NCBI GenBank assembly: GCA_038231435.1
Contig: JBBRLJ010000035.1
Location: 1-54,760 of the forward strand
Source: Planctomycetota bacterium
GTDB lineage: Bacteria; Planctomycetota; UBA11346
Reading direction: 5' to 3'
DNA: 54,760 nt
In this document: one piece after another, positions 30,050 to 39,813 of the stretch
Layout of the letters: every line of letters starts with the position of its first letter
Numbering within the stretch: the stretch's first letter is position 1
The notes under the pieces: model-generated
What the model saw: the letters and a program-made list of their open reading frames with translations, nothing else
The model's database searches: none
What the model was told of the DNA's origin: nothing
Translations under genes and position numbers: made by a program

Positions 30050-32194
30050 CTAGAACTCCACCGTGCCCGGCGTCACCGGGGGGGTCGGCAGGGCGGGCGG
30101 AGCATGGTCGTTCGAGCGCAGGTGGTACTGCAGCAGGCGCGGCTCCTGCAGCAACGCCATGTCGATCACTCCGAGCGCGGCGGCGAGCGTGCCGAGCGGC
30201 GCGCCGCGCTCCTCGGCGGTGATGCCCGCCGGGGTGAGCGTGGCCTCGAGGTGGTAGGCGGGGACATGGCGGAGCAGCACGCCCAGCTCTGGCAGCCAGC
30301 GGCGATCGATGCTCGGCCGGACCGGTGGCGCCAGGAGGCGCAGCTTCTCGGGTTCGGAGCCGAGGACGCGTTTGAGCGCGCCGAGGCGGCTGGCGAGCTG
30401 CTGCGAACTCAGCGGCAGCTTGCGCCCGCGACGATCGTCCTCGAGCACGTGCCAGCCATCGGCTAGGCGCACGATAGTTGCGAAGCTGTCGGGCGTGGCC
30501 GCCGGATCGGCGAACACGCTGAACGAGGCATCGATGGCGACGGCCAGATCGGCATCGGCCGTCTGCTGGATGGACGGTGGGGTCGACGCCTGGTTGGACG
30601 ATTGGTTGGACGATTGGTTTGGAAGCAACGCGCGCAGCTGCGCACCGAGCTGCGGTGGCGGGATCCACGGCAGCGTGGCGCCATTGCGGGTGAGGGTCAG
30701 TGGCGGTGGGGTCGGCTGCGCCAGCAGCGACAGCTTGGCCGCCGCCCCGAGCGTCTGGACCAGCGCGATGGCACCTTCCGGCAGCCGGAACTGCACATTG
30801 CCGAGCGGGTCGGCGCCGAGCTCGAGGCGCGCATCCCCGAGCATGCGATAGGCCAGCGGCAGCCACTGCTTCGCGATCAGCGGCAGATCGATGTCGGCCA
30901 CCACCGCCTTGCCGGCTGGTATGGGCGCGTCTCCCGCCTTGCCGGCGAGCAGGTCTTGCGCGAGATCGGGATCGTTGCCGATGACCAGCAGGCGTTTGCC
31001 GGCGGCGAGGCCCCATGGCCCGAGCGGCGTGTCCAGTGCGTACGCCACCACCTCGGCGCCGGCCTCGATCTTCTGGCCCTGATACGCCGCGGCTGCCGCC
31101 TGCACCAGCGCCGACGCGTCGGCTTCGGGTCGTAGGCGCAGGGCCAGGACGCCCTGCGGGATGATGCCGCTCGCATCGACCATGAGCAGCACGTCGCCGG
31201 TGAACAGCTTCGCCGCATCGGCGACGGTGCAACCGAGCACCACCGCGAGCGCGCGCTCATCGCGCTCGCTCGCGAGATTGCCGATCAGGCCGGCGACCGC
31301 GCGCGGGTCGAGCCCGGCGGCGAAGCGCGCGTGCTTGCCGGTACGGGCGAGCGCCGCGAGCGCTGGATCGATGGAATGGAACGGCAGCGATCCGGCCTTG
31401 AGCGCCACGGTGCCCGTCCAGGACTCTCCCGCCGGAGCGGCCGAAATCTCGAGCGTGGGAGCCTCGGCGCGCCACTTCGGCACCAGCGGATCGAGCCCAT
31501 AGGTGATTCCGTCGCCCTCGAGGGCTTTCACCAGTTCGATCATGGGCGCGAAATCGCAGGCGATCGACAGCGCCGGCCGCTTGGGATCCGCCGGCAGCGG
31601 ATGCAAGGCGCGCAGCGTCGCCGGATCCCCCAGCGCGAGCGAGGTGCCCGCGGCACCGACGAAGAACTCGCCGTTGCCGACGCCCGCGAGTCCACCGACC
31701 TCACCTGGCTTGGGATCGAGTGCGACAGCGCCCAGGGCATCGGCCACGGCGCGCGCCGCATCGTGATCGGCGAACAGCGCGAAGCGCGCGCGCCGCGGAT
31801 CGGGATCCCCCGCAACCGGCGGCAGGATGCGCAGGTCGAGGCGATGCAGCCCGCTGCCCGCCGACGCGGCCCATCCCGGTTTTCCACCGCCGAGCAGTTC
31901 GAGCTGCTTGACGATGTGCGCCAAGGTCGGAGCGCATGCGGGATCGCTGAAGATGCTGGTCGGTTTGGCGGTGCGACCGGCCGCGAGGAGGACGTTCCCA
32001 TCGAGCTGCAACGACAGTTGAGGCGTGGGCGCGGCAGCCGCAGTGGAAGGTTCCGCGGCGGCGACTCGCGCGCCCGAGACCAAGGTCAAGACCACGGCCG
32101 GCGGGGTCACGGCGAGCAGCAGCGCTGGAATCCGCGCCAACGCCACGGAGGCGATGCGACGCCAGCACCGCGCCTGTCCGACCTCTCTCCTCAT
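30050..32194 (-). CDS. Large exported hypothetical protein (about 714 aa)
   Basis: Long ORF starting just after the glgB stop; hydrophobic signal-like N-terminus; no recognised catalytic motif. Confidence 0.65.
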   Translation of the reverse strand: MRREVGQARCWRRIASVALARIPALLLAVTPPAVVLTLVSGARVAAAEPSTAAAAPTPQLSLQLDGNVLLAAGRTAKPTSIFSDPACAPTLAHIVKQLELLGGGKPGWAASAGSGLHRLDLRILPPVAGDPDPRRARFALFADHDAARAVADALGAVALDPKPGEVGGLAGVGNGEFFVGAAGTSLALGDPATLRALHPLPADPKRPALSIACDFAPMIELVKALEGDGITYGLDPLVPKWRAEAPTLEISAAPAGESWTGTVALKAGSLPFHSIDPALAALARTGKHARFAAGLDPRAVAGLIGNLASERDERALAVVLGCTVADAAKLFTGDVLLMVDASGIIPQGVLALRLRPEADASALVQAAAAAYQGQKIEAGAEVVAYALDTPLGPWGLAAGKRLLVIGNDPDLAQDLLAGKAGDAPIPAGKAVVADIDLPLIAKQWLPLAYRMLGDARLELGADPLGNVQFRLPEGAIALVQTLGAAAKLSLLAQPTPPPLTLTRNGATLPWIPPPQLGAQLRALLPNQSSNQSSNQASTPPSIQQTADADLAVAIDASFSVFADPAATPDSFATIVRLADGWHVLEDDRRGRKLPLSSQQLASRLGALKRVLGSEPEKLRLLAPPVRPSIDRRWLPELGVLLRHVPAYHLEATLTPAGITAEERGAPLGTLAAALGVIDMALLQEPRLLQYHLRSNDHAPPALPTPPVTPGTVEF
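30591..30619. repeat. 12-bp in-frame tandem repeat (TGGTTGGACGAT x2.4; NQSS-NQSS-NQ)
   Basis: Read directly from the sequence. Confidence 0.85.
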
Positions 32195-32195
32195 G

Positions 32196-34406
32196 TCAGA
32201 CCGGCGCACGCAGGAACACTATGGCGAGGGGCGGCAGGTCGAGCTGCAGCGTCGCCGCGAACACGCCGCGCCGCTCGTCGCGCGTATGGACCTCGTCGGG
32301 AGGGATCATGCCGCTGCCGCCGAATCGCGTCTCATCGCTCGAGAGCAGGCGCTTCCAACGCCCGCCGTTGTGCACGCCGAGCGCGTATCCGTGGCGCGGA
32401 ACCGGGGTGAAATTGCACGCCACCAGCACGTCCGGGCATCCCGGCGCCTTGCGCAGGAAGGCGAGCACGCTCTCGGCGGCGTTCTCGCAGTCCACCCACT
32501 GGAAGCCGTCTCGATGGTCGTCGCGCCGGTGCAGTGCCGGTTCGGAGCGATAGAGAAGGAGCGCCTGGCGCAGGAAGTCGGCGATGCCGACGCGGTCGGG
32601 TTCCTTGGACTCGTCCCAATCCGCGGAGCGGTCCCAGTCCCACTCGCGCCCCTGGCCGAACTCCGCGCCCTGGAAGAGCAGCGGCCGCCCTGGTATCGCG
32701 ACCTGGTATCCGAACAGCAGGCGCAGCTGCGCGCGGCGCTGCCACCAGTCGCCGGGAAGCTTGTCGATGAGGCTGCGCTTGCCGTGCACCACCTCGTCGT
32801 GCGACAGCGGCAACACCCACTTGTCGTCGTACGCGTACCATTGGTGGAAGGTCACGCGATTGTGGCAGCCCGAGCGCATCACCGGATCCTGCGCGAGGTA
32901 GCCGAGCGTGTCGTGCATCCAACCCATGTTCCACTTCAGGTCGAAACCGAGGCCGTTCATGTGCGTGGGCGCGGTCACCCCCTGCCACGCGGTGGACTCC
33001 TCGGCGATCATCAGCACGCCCTTGTGCTCGACGTGGATGGTGCTGGTCAGCTCCTGCAGGAAGCTGACCGCCTCGGTGTTGGCGTTGCCGCCCTGATCGT
33101 TGGGGATCCAGTCGCCGGGCTTGCGGTCGTAGTCGCGGTAGAGCATCGATGACACCGCGTCGACGCGCAGCCCGTCGATGTGATACGAGCGCAGCCAGTG
33201 CAGCGCGGCCGCGATCAGGAAGTTGCGCACCTCCGGTCGGCGGAAGTTGAAGACGCAGGTGCCCCAGGTGCGGTGCTCCCCTTCGCGCGGGTCGTCGTAC
33301 TCGTAGCAGGGCGAGCCGTCGAAGCGCGCGAGCGCGAAATCATCCTTGGGGAAATGCCCGGGCACGAAATCGACCAGCACGCCGATGCCCGCCTGATGGC
33401 ACTGGTCGACGAACCAGCGCAGGTCCTCGGGCGAGCCGTGACGACTGTTGGGAGCGTACTGGCCGGTGACCTGATAACCCCACGAGCCTTCGTACGGATG
33501 CTGCGCCACCGGCAGCAGCTCGATGTGCGTGAAGTTGAAGTCGCGGCAGTAGCGGATCAGTTGCTGCGCGAGCACGCGGTAGTTGGGCCACGAATCCGGC
33601 TCGCCGGTGGCGCCGCGGCTGGTCGAGCGCTTCCAGCTGCCCAGGTGGCATTCGTAGATCGCCATCGGCAAGGACAGGTGATCGGCATCCAGGCGCTTGG
33701 ACATCCACTGCTGGTCGTTCCAGACGTAGGCGTCTGGCGGCGCGACGATGCTGGCGGTCGCCGGCGGGATCTCGGCCTGCAGGGCGTACGGATCGGCCTT
33801 GATGCGCAGCTCTCCGGTATTCGAGCGGATTTCGTACTTGTAGAGCATGCCCGGACGCACGCCGGGCACGAACAGTTCCCACACGCCATGCGGAGGCCGC
33901 GGGCGCATCGGGTGGTAGCGCCCATCGAAACCATTCCAGTCGCCGACCACCGACACGCCCTGCGCGGTCGGTGCCCACACGGCAAAGCGCGTTCCCTCGC
34001 AACCGTCGACGGTCACGGCGTGCCCGCCGAGGATGTCGCCGAGGTGGTGATGGCGTCCTGCGCGGAACAGATCGAGGTCGAACTCGGCCAGCTGCGGCCA
34101 GAATCCATAGGTGTCGCGGACCACCTGCTCGGGCTGCTTGGAATCCTTCTCGGATCCGTAGCGCACGCGCAGGTCATAGGCGAAATGCTTGTCGCCAGGC
34201 ACCTTGCCCTCGAACAGGCCCTCGGGTGCGCGACACGACAGTGGGATGGGCTTGCCGCCACGTGGCACCAACGAAACCGCGACCGCCCCCCGCAGCCAGA
34301 TGCGCGCGCACAGCTGCGAGCCCTCGTGGTGCAACCCCAACACCGAGAAGGGATCGTGCAGCCGCGCCTCGAGAAGCGCTTGGACCGTCTCGGATGGCAG
34401 CGGCAT
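32196..34406 (-). CDS. glgB: 1,4-alpha-glucan branching enzyme (GH13)
   Basis: DPFSVLG, FAVWAP, IYECHLGSW, SWGYQ, GLRVDAV, IAEEST, KWNMGWMHD, LSHDEVVHGK. Confidence 0.97.
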   Translation of the reverse strand: MPLPSETVQALLEARLHDPFSVLGLHHEGSQLCARIWLRGAVAVSLVPRGGKPIPLSCRAPEGLFEGKVPGDKHFAYDLRVRYGSEKDSKQPEQVVRDTYGFWPQLAEFDLDLFRAGRHHHLGDILGGHAVTVDGCEGTRFAVWAPTAQGVSVVGDWNGFDGRYHPMRPRPPHGVWELFVPGVRPGMLYKYEIRSNTGELRIKADPYALQAEIPPATASIVAPPDAYVWNDQQWMSKRLDADHLSLPMAIYECHLGSWKRSTSRGATGEPDSWPNYRVLAQQLIRYCRDFNFTHIELLPVAQHPYEGSWGYQVTGQYAPNSRHGSPEDLRWFVDQCHQAGIGVLVDFVPGHFPKDDFALARFDGSPCYEYDDPREGEHRTWGTCVFNFRRPEVRNFLIAAALHWLRSYHIDGLRVDAVSSMLYRDYDRKPGDWIPNDQGGNANTEAVSFLQELTSTIHVEHKGVLMIAEESTAWQGVTAPTHMNGLGFDLKWNMGWMHDTLGYLAQDPVMRSGCHNRVTFHQWYAYDDKWVLPLSHDEVVHGKRSLIDKLPGDWWQRRAQLRLLFGYQVAIPGRPLLFQGAEFGQGREWDWDRSADWDESKEPDRVGIADFLRQALLLYRSEPALHRRDDHRDGFQWVDCENAAESVLAFLRKAPGCPDVLVACNFTPVPRHGYALGVHNGGRWKRLLSSDETRFGGSGMIPPDEVHTRDERRGVFAATLQLDLPPLAIVFLRAPV

Positions 34407-34522
34407 AGGGCAACACCGTACCCGGGCCTACCGCACCGCGTCAAGGCTGTTAGTGCGGAGGCTCAATCGCTCGCCCGGCCTTTGCCCCCCGCCCCCCCTC
34501 GAGGGCCAGTCCTGTCGCTTCG

Positions 34523-35710
34523 CTACGGTGAGGGTGCGTGCGCGGCGAGGCGGTCGAGGAATGCGGCGAGGCCGGTGCGCCACTGGGCTTCGCGGATCAT
34601 GCCGGTGTGGTGAGCCGTCGGCGAGATGATGGTTTCCGCGCGTGGCGAGGCCTCGGCCAGCCTGCGGCTCTGCTCCGGGGGGACGACCTGGTCGACAGTG
34701 GTCCAACCGAGAAGCAGCGGGGGACCACTCTTCAGGATCGGCGCGTCGACCGGGCGCACCTCGGTCGGCGACCATTCGAGGCCGACCTTGCACATCGCGA
34801 GCGCGAACCAGCGGCCTGGCGGTTTGAGGAAGATGCCGACCATCGATTCGAGATCCGCGAAGGCGCTCTCGATGATCATGCCCGAGCAGCCGTCGAGCCG
34901 GTGTCCGGCCTGCAGGGTGATCGCGCCACCGAGGCTGACGCCGTACGCCACCACCGGCTTACCGCCCGCGAGCGCCTTGGCCTGCTCCCACTCGACGACC
35001 AAGTCGTCGGATTCGCGCGTGCCGTAGGTCATCGGCGCGAGCGTCGAGCGACCGTGCCCACGCAGATCGTAGCAGAGCACCGACCAGCCGTGATCGCGGA
35101 AGAAGAGCAGGTGACCCTGGTAGAACTCCTTCCACCGGCCCACTCCGTGCGTGAACAGCACCACGCCTTTGGATTCGCCGGATGCGGGGATGTAGAGCGT
35201 ATCGAGCACGATGCCGTCGCATGACGGCTGCCGCCACCGCTTGCAATCGGAATAGTCATCGTGCCCATAGGTGATCTGGTTGCGGTACACCAGCGGCATG
35301 GGACCGAAGATGCCGACATGGCACGTCAGGATCAGCACGCAGCCGACGCGTCGCACGATCGGACGATGCGCCCAACGCCGCCACCAGCGGATCGACAGGC
35401 CGAGCAGACAGAAGCCGACGCCCAGCAGCGCCACCGTCTTCTCGAGCGCCGGCACCCACACCACCTGGCAGCCGAAATCGCGCGTCTCGATCAGCGCCAG
35501 GACGATCGCCTGGTGCCCGGACAACAACGCGGCGACTGCCGCCATCCACCAGGCGTGCTTCCACCGCCACCAATCCATCGGGATGCAGCAGGCGGCCAGG
35601 ATCGGCGAGGCGAACAGCACCGCCGACAGCGGCGGCTCATGGCGGGCGAGCACCAGGATCGCCGCAGCAGCGACGTATGCCGCCAGGAAAGCCAGGTTCG
35701 CGCGACGCAT
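34523..35710 (-). CDS. Membrane-anchored alpha/beta hydrolase
   Basis: Several N-terminal TMs, HG, YDLRGHG.S, GVSLG nucleophile, D.VVP, AHH. Confidence 0.85.
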   Translation of the reverse strand: MRRANLAFLAAYVAAAAILVLARHEPPLSAVLFASPILAACCIPMDWWRWKHAWWMAAVAALLSGHQAIVLALIETRDFGCQVVWVPALEKTVALLGVGFCLLGLSIRWWRRWAHRPIVRRVGCVLILTCHVGIFGPMPLVYRNQITYGHDDYSDCKRWRQPSCDGIVLDTLYIPASGESKGVVLFTHGVGRWKEFYQGHLLFFRDHGWSVLCYDLRGHGRSTLAPMTYGTRESDDLVVEWEQAKALAGGKPVVAYGVSLGGAITLQAGHRLDGCSGMIIESAFADLESMVGIFLKPPGRWFALAMCKVGLEWSPTEVRPVDAPILKSGPPLLLGWTTVDQVVPPEQSRRLAEASPRAETIISPTAHHTGMIREAQWRTGLAAFLDRLAAHAPSP

Positions 35711-35814
35711 GGGCGGAGCCTGCGCTCATCCGTGGACTTGGCCAGGGGAGAGGTCACGGAGCGGCGGCGCACCCAGGCGCTTGGCCGAGTGGCCGAGTGG
35801 CCGCAGGCCGACGC

Positions 35815-36867
35815 TCAGCCCTCGGTACCGATTTCCAGGATCTGCTTGAGCGCGTCGAGGTTCTCGAGCAGCGCCGCGCAGCCGCGCGCCACGCAGGTGA
35901 GCGGATCGTGCGCGAGACGCACCGGCAGGCCGGTCTCCTGCGCGACCAGGTCGACCAGGCCGCGCAGCTGCGAGGTGCCGCCGGCCATGATGATGCCGCG
36001 TTCGATGAGATCGGCGGCGAGCTCGGGCTGGGTGCGCTCGAGCACCATCTTGATCGAATTGATGATCGACTGCACCTGCGGTCGCAGCGCCTCGAGGATC
36101 TCGGTCGAGTTCACCTCGATCGAGCGCGGCATGCCGGTGCGCAGATCGCGCCCGCGGATGGTCATGCGCAACTCTTCCGGCAGCGGGATGGCGCAGCCGA
36201 TCTGGTACTTCACCTGCTCGGCGGTGTTGTCGCCGATGACGACGTTGTACTGGGTCTTCAGGTACTTGATGATCGAGCGGTCGAGCTCGTCGCCAGCGAT
36301 GCGCACCGATTCGGACGCGACCAGTCCGGCGAGTGAGATCACCGCGACCTCGGTGGTGCCGCCGCCGATGTCGACGATCATCGAGCCGACCGCGTCCGCC
36401 ACCGGCAGTCCGGCGCCGATCGCGGCCGCCATCGGCTCCGCGATCAAGAAGACCTCGCGCGCTCCGGCGTTCATCGCGCTGTTGGTGACCGCGCCTTTCT
36501 CGACCTCGTTGATGCCCGAGGGCACGGCGATCACCAGGCGCGGCCGGAAGGGCCCGCGCTTGCCGTTCACCTTGCGGATGAAATAGCGCAGCATCTGCTC
36601 GGTGATCTCGAGGTCCGCGATCACGCCATCCTTCATGGGGCGGATCACCTCGATGTTTCCCGGGCTCTTGCCGAGCATGATCTTGGCCTGGTCGCCGACG
36701 GCGTTGCCGTCCATGAGCACGGTCTTGGTGCCCTTCTTGACCGCGACCACGCTGGGCTCGGACAGGACCACGCCCTTGCCTTGCACTGCCACCAGGGTGT
36801 TGGCAGTGCCGAGGTCGATGCCGAGATCGACGCTGAACATGCCAAGCAAACGGTCGTACCAGCCCAT
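35815..36867 (-). CDS. mreB: Rod shape-determining actin-like protein MreB
   Basis: Amphipathic N-terminus, IDLGTANT, EPSVVA, RPMKDGVIAD, EPMAAAIGAG, DIGGGTTE, PELAAD. Confidence 0.96.
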   Translation of the reverse strand: MGWYDRLLGMFSVDLGIDLGTANTLVAVQGKGVVLSEPSVVAVKKGTKTVLMDGNAVGDQAKIMLGKSPGNIEVIRPMKDGVIADLEITEQMLRYFIRKVNGKRGPFRPRLVIAVPSGINEVEKGAVTNSAMNAGAREVFLIAEPMAAAIGAGLPVADAVGSMIVDIGGGTTEVAVISLAGLVASESVRIAGDELDRSIIKYLKTQYNVVIGDNTAEQVKYQIGCAIPLPEELRMTIRGRDLRTGMPRSIEVNSTEILEALRPQVQSIINSIKMVLERTQPELAADLIERGIIMAGGTSQLRGLVDLVAQETGLPVRLAHDPLTCVARGCAALLENLDALKQILEIGTEG

Positions 36868-37063
36868 GCGTGGGCGCAGGCTACCGATACGCGGGATGGC
36901 GCAACCCTTGGTACACCAAAGCTCACCGTCCACTGGCCCGTCCCAGTGACTGGAATTCACCCGTCCGATGCGGGTTTTTCACCGTTTTGCCGGAGCCCTG
37001 CGACAGGGTCACTGAGATTTGACGCGGTCACGATCCTGGGGTATCCGTCCTTAGGAGAGGCAC

Positions 37064-37804
37064 ATGGCCAAACAGGCCGGACTGCATCCGATCCGGGTGG
37101 AAGTCAGCCAGGCCATGGTCCGCCTCGTGCTGACCCGGCCCGACCGCTACAATGTTCTCGATACCGTGACGCTGGCCACGTTGGCCGAGGCCCTCGCGCC
37201 CGCCCACCGACTCGCGCTACCGCTACTGCTCGAGGGCGAGGGTGAGGTCTTCTCGGTTGGCGGCGACATCGCTGAACTCGCGGGATTCTCCCCGTCGGAA
37301 GCCATGGCCTACAGCCGCCTCGGCCAGAACGTCGTCGGCTTGCTCGAGCAATGGCCGGGCGTCACCGTCGCCAAGCTGTCGGGCTACGCGCTCGGCACCG
37401 GACTCGAGCTCGCCCTCGGCTGCGACGTCCTCATCGGCACCAGCGACGTCCGCCTCGGCCTCCCGGGGCTGGCCTGGGCGCTAGTGCCCTGCCTCGGCGG
37501 CTTGCGGCGGCTGTCATGCCGCCTGTCGTCGGAGCTGTGCAGCGAACTGTTCCTCGGCGGCGAGGTGCTCGAAGCGCAGAAGGCGCTCGAGAGCGGATTG
37601 CTCGATCGCCTCACCGATGGCCCGATCGAACGCTTCGTCGCCGCCTTCTCGGAATTCAGTCCGTCCGCCGTGAATGCGGTGCGCGGCGTCCGCCTCGACC
37701 GGCAGGGCAGCATCGACCGCGAGTCGGAGGCGGAATTGTTCGCCCAGCCGTTCGCCAGCGGCGAATGCCAGAAGCGGCTGAGAAAACTTCTCACTGACTG
37801 TTAG
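37064..37804 (+). CDS. Enoyl-CoA hydratase/isomerase (crotonase) family protein
   Basis: RPDRYN, FSVGGDI, GYALGTGLELALGCD; strong AGGAGAGG RBS. Confidence 0.85.
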   Translation: MAKQAGLHPIRVEVSQAMVRLVLTRPDRYNVLDTVTLATLAEALAPAHRLALPLLLEGEGEVFSVGGDIAELAGFSPSEAMAYSRLGQNVVGLLEQWPGVTVAKLSGYALGTGLELALGCDVLIGTSDVRLGLPGLAWALVPCLGGLRRLSCRLSSELCSELFLGGEVLEAQKALESGLLDRLTDGPIERFVAAFSEFSPSAVNAVRGVRLDRQGSIDRESEAELFAQPFASGECQKRLRKLLTDC

Positions 37805-37905
37805 CTTTCAGTTGGGGGGCTACGGCCCCCCAACATCGCGCTCCGCGCTGCCCCCTGGGAAGGAACGGGAAAGGTGTTCTGGATGCGGCTGCGGCGCTTC
37901 GCGCG
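37805..37905 (-). repeat. Palindromic repeat, second module family (GTTGGGGGG-CCGTAG-CCCCCCAAC), related to 45805-45938
   Basis: Reverse complement GGGGGCAGCGCGGAGCGCGATGTTGGGGGGCCGTAGCCCCCCAACTGAAAG matches both copies at 45.8-45.9 kb. Confidence 0.85.
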
Positions 37906-37939
37906 CATGAAGCGGTGAATACGATGAAATCGATAACGA

Positions 37940-37967
37940 CGAAACCCGGCCGATTGGCCGGGTTTCG
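37940..37967. terminator. 12-bp hairpin downstream of rplT (putative terminator)
   Basis: CGAAACCCGGCC-gatt-GGCCGGGTTTCG between convergent genes; weak U-tract. Confidence 0.55.
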
Positions 37968-37997
37968 AGGCATTCAGGGATGGCCCGTAGGCCGAGC

Positions 37998-38384
37998 TTA
38001 TTTGGCGTTGGCGGGGATCAGCAGCGGGAGCTTGACCAAGGCGGCCTTGGCCAGGTTCACGATCTCGGTGAAGGCGGCGGGCTGGTGGATGGCGAGCTCG
38101 CTGAGCTGCTTGCGGTCGAGGCGGATGTCGGCGTTCTGCAGGCCGTAGATCAGGCGGCTGTAATTGATGCCATGGGCGCGGCAGGCGATGCTGATGCGAC
38201 CGATCCACATCTGGCGGAACTGGCGCTTCTTGAGCTTGCGACCGAAGAACGCCTGGACCTCGGCGCGCTTGACCGCCTCGCAGATGACGCGGTACATCTT
38301 GTGACGGCCGCTGTAATAACCACGAGCGCGCTTCTTGATGCGCTTGATCATCTTGTGGCGGGAATGCCCGTTGGTTGCACGCAT
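37998..38384 (-). CDS. rplT: 50S ribosomal protein L20
   Basis: ARGYYSGR, RKLKKRQFRQMWI.RI, YSRLI.GL, LDRKQLSELA. Confidence 0.97.
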   Translation of the reverse strand: MRATNGHSRHKMIKRIKKRARGYYSGRHKMYRVICEAVKRAEVQAFFGRKLKKRQFRQMWIGRISIACRAHGINYSRLIYGLQNADIRLDRKQLSELAIHQPAAFTEIVNLAKAALVKLPLLIPANAK

Positions 38385-38481
38385 GGCGTTGCTTTCCTAT
38401 CTAGCCCGTCGTCCTGGAGGATGGCGGGGAGGCCGAGGGCCTACTTGTGGTGAGACGTTGGTCAGAGGTCGAAGATCGTGT

Positions 38482-38703
38482 TCAGTTCGACGAGGCGCGG
38501 TTCTGCCCAGTGAGCAGCGCGATACGCGCGCGGCGCTTGTAGCCAGCGGTGGTCGTCTGGGTCTTCTTGGTCAGGTTGCGCATGCGCTTGGGGCTGCGAT
38601 CGGCCAACAGATGGCGGACGCCGCACTGGGTGCGCATCAGCTTGCCATTGGGGGTGAGGCGGATGCGCTTCTTGCTGGCCTTATGGCTCTTCATCTTGGG
38701 CAT
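38482..38703 (-). CDS. rpmI: 50S ribosomal protein L35
   Basis: MPKMKSHK..KKR..T..GK, RHLL. Confidence 0.95.
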   Translation of the reverse strand: MPKMKSHKASKKRIRLTPNGKLMRTQCGVRHLLADRSPKRMRNLTKKTQTTTAGYKRRARIALLTGQNRASSN

Positions 38704-38708
38704 GGCGG

Positions 38709-38785
38709 TGTCCTGCGGAGGTAGCTGAGTGGCCTGCCTCGAGGACAGGGGAGGGCGGATGTTAGGGTCGGTATGGGGATTTCAA
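38709..38785 (-). promoter_or_regulatory. Putative rpmI promoter (TTGAAA-N15-TAACAT) plus leader hairpin covering the SD
   Basis: Minus strand: -35 at 38780-85, -10 at 38759-64; TGTCCT..GAGG../..CCTC..AGGACA stem at 38709-38747. Confidence 0.4.
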
Positions 38786-38924
38786 GGTGGTTGCGGGTCG
38801 GATCTGGGGCTCAGGGAGCGGCCACGGTGCCCATGGCTGGCGCTTTCCCTCGCGAGAGGGCAGGGGAGCGCCCTTGGATACATCGGTGACATTGGCTCCA
38901 CAGGCTCGCGGCAGCCCCATCTGG

Positions 38925-39716
38925 TCAGCGCCCGACGAGCAACCGATCGCCGAGGTGGTTTCCCAGATTCGGGTTGTCGTAGATCATCTTCTTGGTGGCT
39001 TCGATATCGTATTCGACGCGCCGCCACTCGACGCTCGCGCCATCGAAGATCGCATAGCACGACCGCGGATCGCCGTCGCGCGGCTGGCCGACGCTGCCAA
39101 CGTTGATGATGGTCTTGCGAGCGTCCATGGTCCACCGGTAGTTCAGCGCTGCGAGGCTGTGCCAGTGGTGATCGTCGCCGGTGATGACGCCTGGACGATG
39201 CGTATGGCCGACGAAACAGGTGTGATCGACGAGCGCGAAGTTCTCTTCGAGCAATTGCTTGGGATCCTCGCCGAGATAACTGCGGCCCTGGGTGTGCTCC
39301 TCGAGGATGTATTCCTCGAGATTGTTCCGCGGGCTGGCGTGGGTGTAGAGGACGTCCTCCTCCTTGAACTGGCTGGGCAGGGTCTTGAGCCATTCCCAGC
39401 GTTTGCCCTTGCCGGTGAACCAGGAGAAGATCCCGGCCTTGATCATCTTGTTGGTCCAGATCGCCGCGTTGCGCGCCTCGGCGTTGAAGCCGATGGGCTC
39501 GTGGATCGAGGCGTGATCGTGGTTGCCGCAGATGACCTTGCCAGGCTCGCACACGTCGAGCACCAGTTTCATCGCTTCGACGGGTTCTGGGCCGTAGCCG
39601 ACGACATCGCCTAGGCAATACATCGCGTCGACCTTCTGCGATTCGATGTCTTTGAGCACATTGTTCAGCGCAGCCATATTACTATGGATATCACTGATGA
39701 TGGCGATCCGCCGCAT
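38925..39716 (-). CDS. Calcineurin-like metallophosphoesterase
   Basis: SDIHSN, LGDVVGYG, GNHD, HASP, GHTH, NVGSVGQPRDGDPR. Confidence 0.93.
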   Translation of the reverse strand: MRRIAIISDIHSNMAALNNVLKDIESQKVDAMYCLGDVVGYGPEPVEAMKLVLDVCEPGKVICGNHDHASIHEPIGFNAEARNAAIWTNKMIKAGIFSWFTGKGKRWEWLKTLPSQFKEEDVLYTHASPRNNLEEYILEEHTQGRSYLGEDPKQLLEENFALVDHTCFVGHTHRPGVITGDDHHWHSLAALNYRWTMDARKTIINVGSVGQPRDGDPRSCYAIFDGASVEWRRVEYDIEATKKMIYDNPNLGNHLGDRLLVGR

Positions 39717-39813
39717 GGCAAGGAGCTTATAGCATGGGCTCTACGTCTCACCATACCTTTTGCGCACGCGGACTTGCGCCACGGGATGCGTGCGGGGACG
39801 AGCCGGCTTGGCC

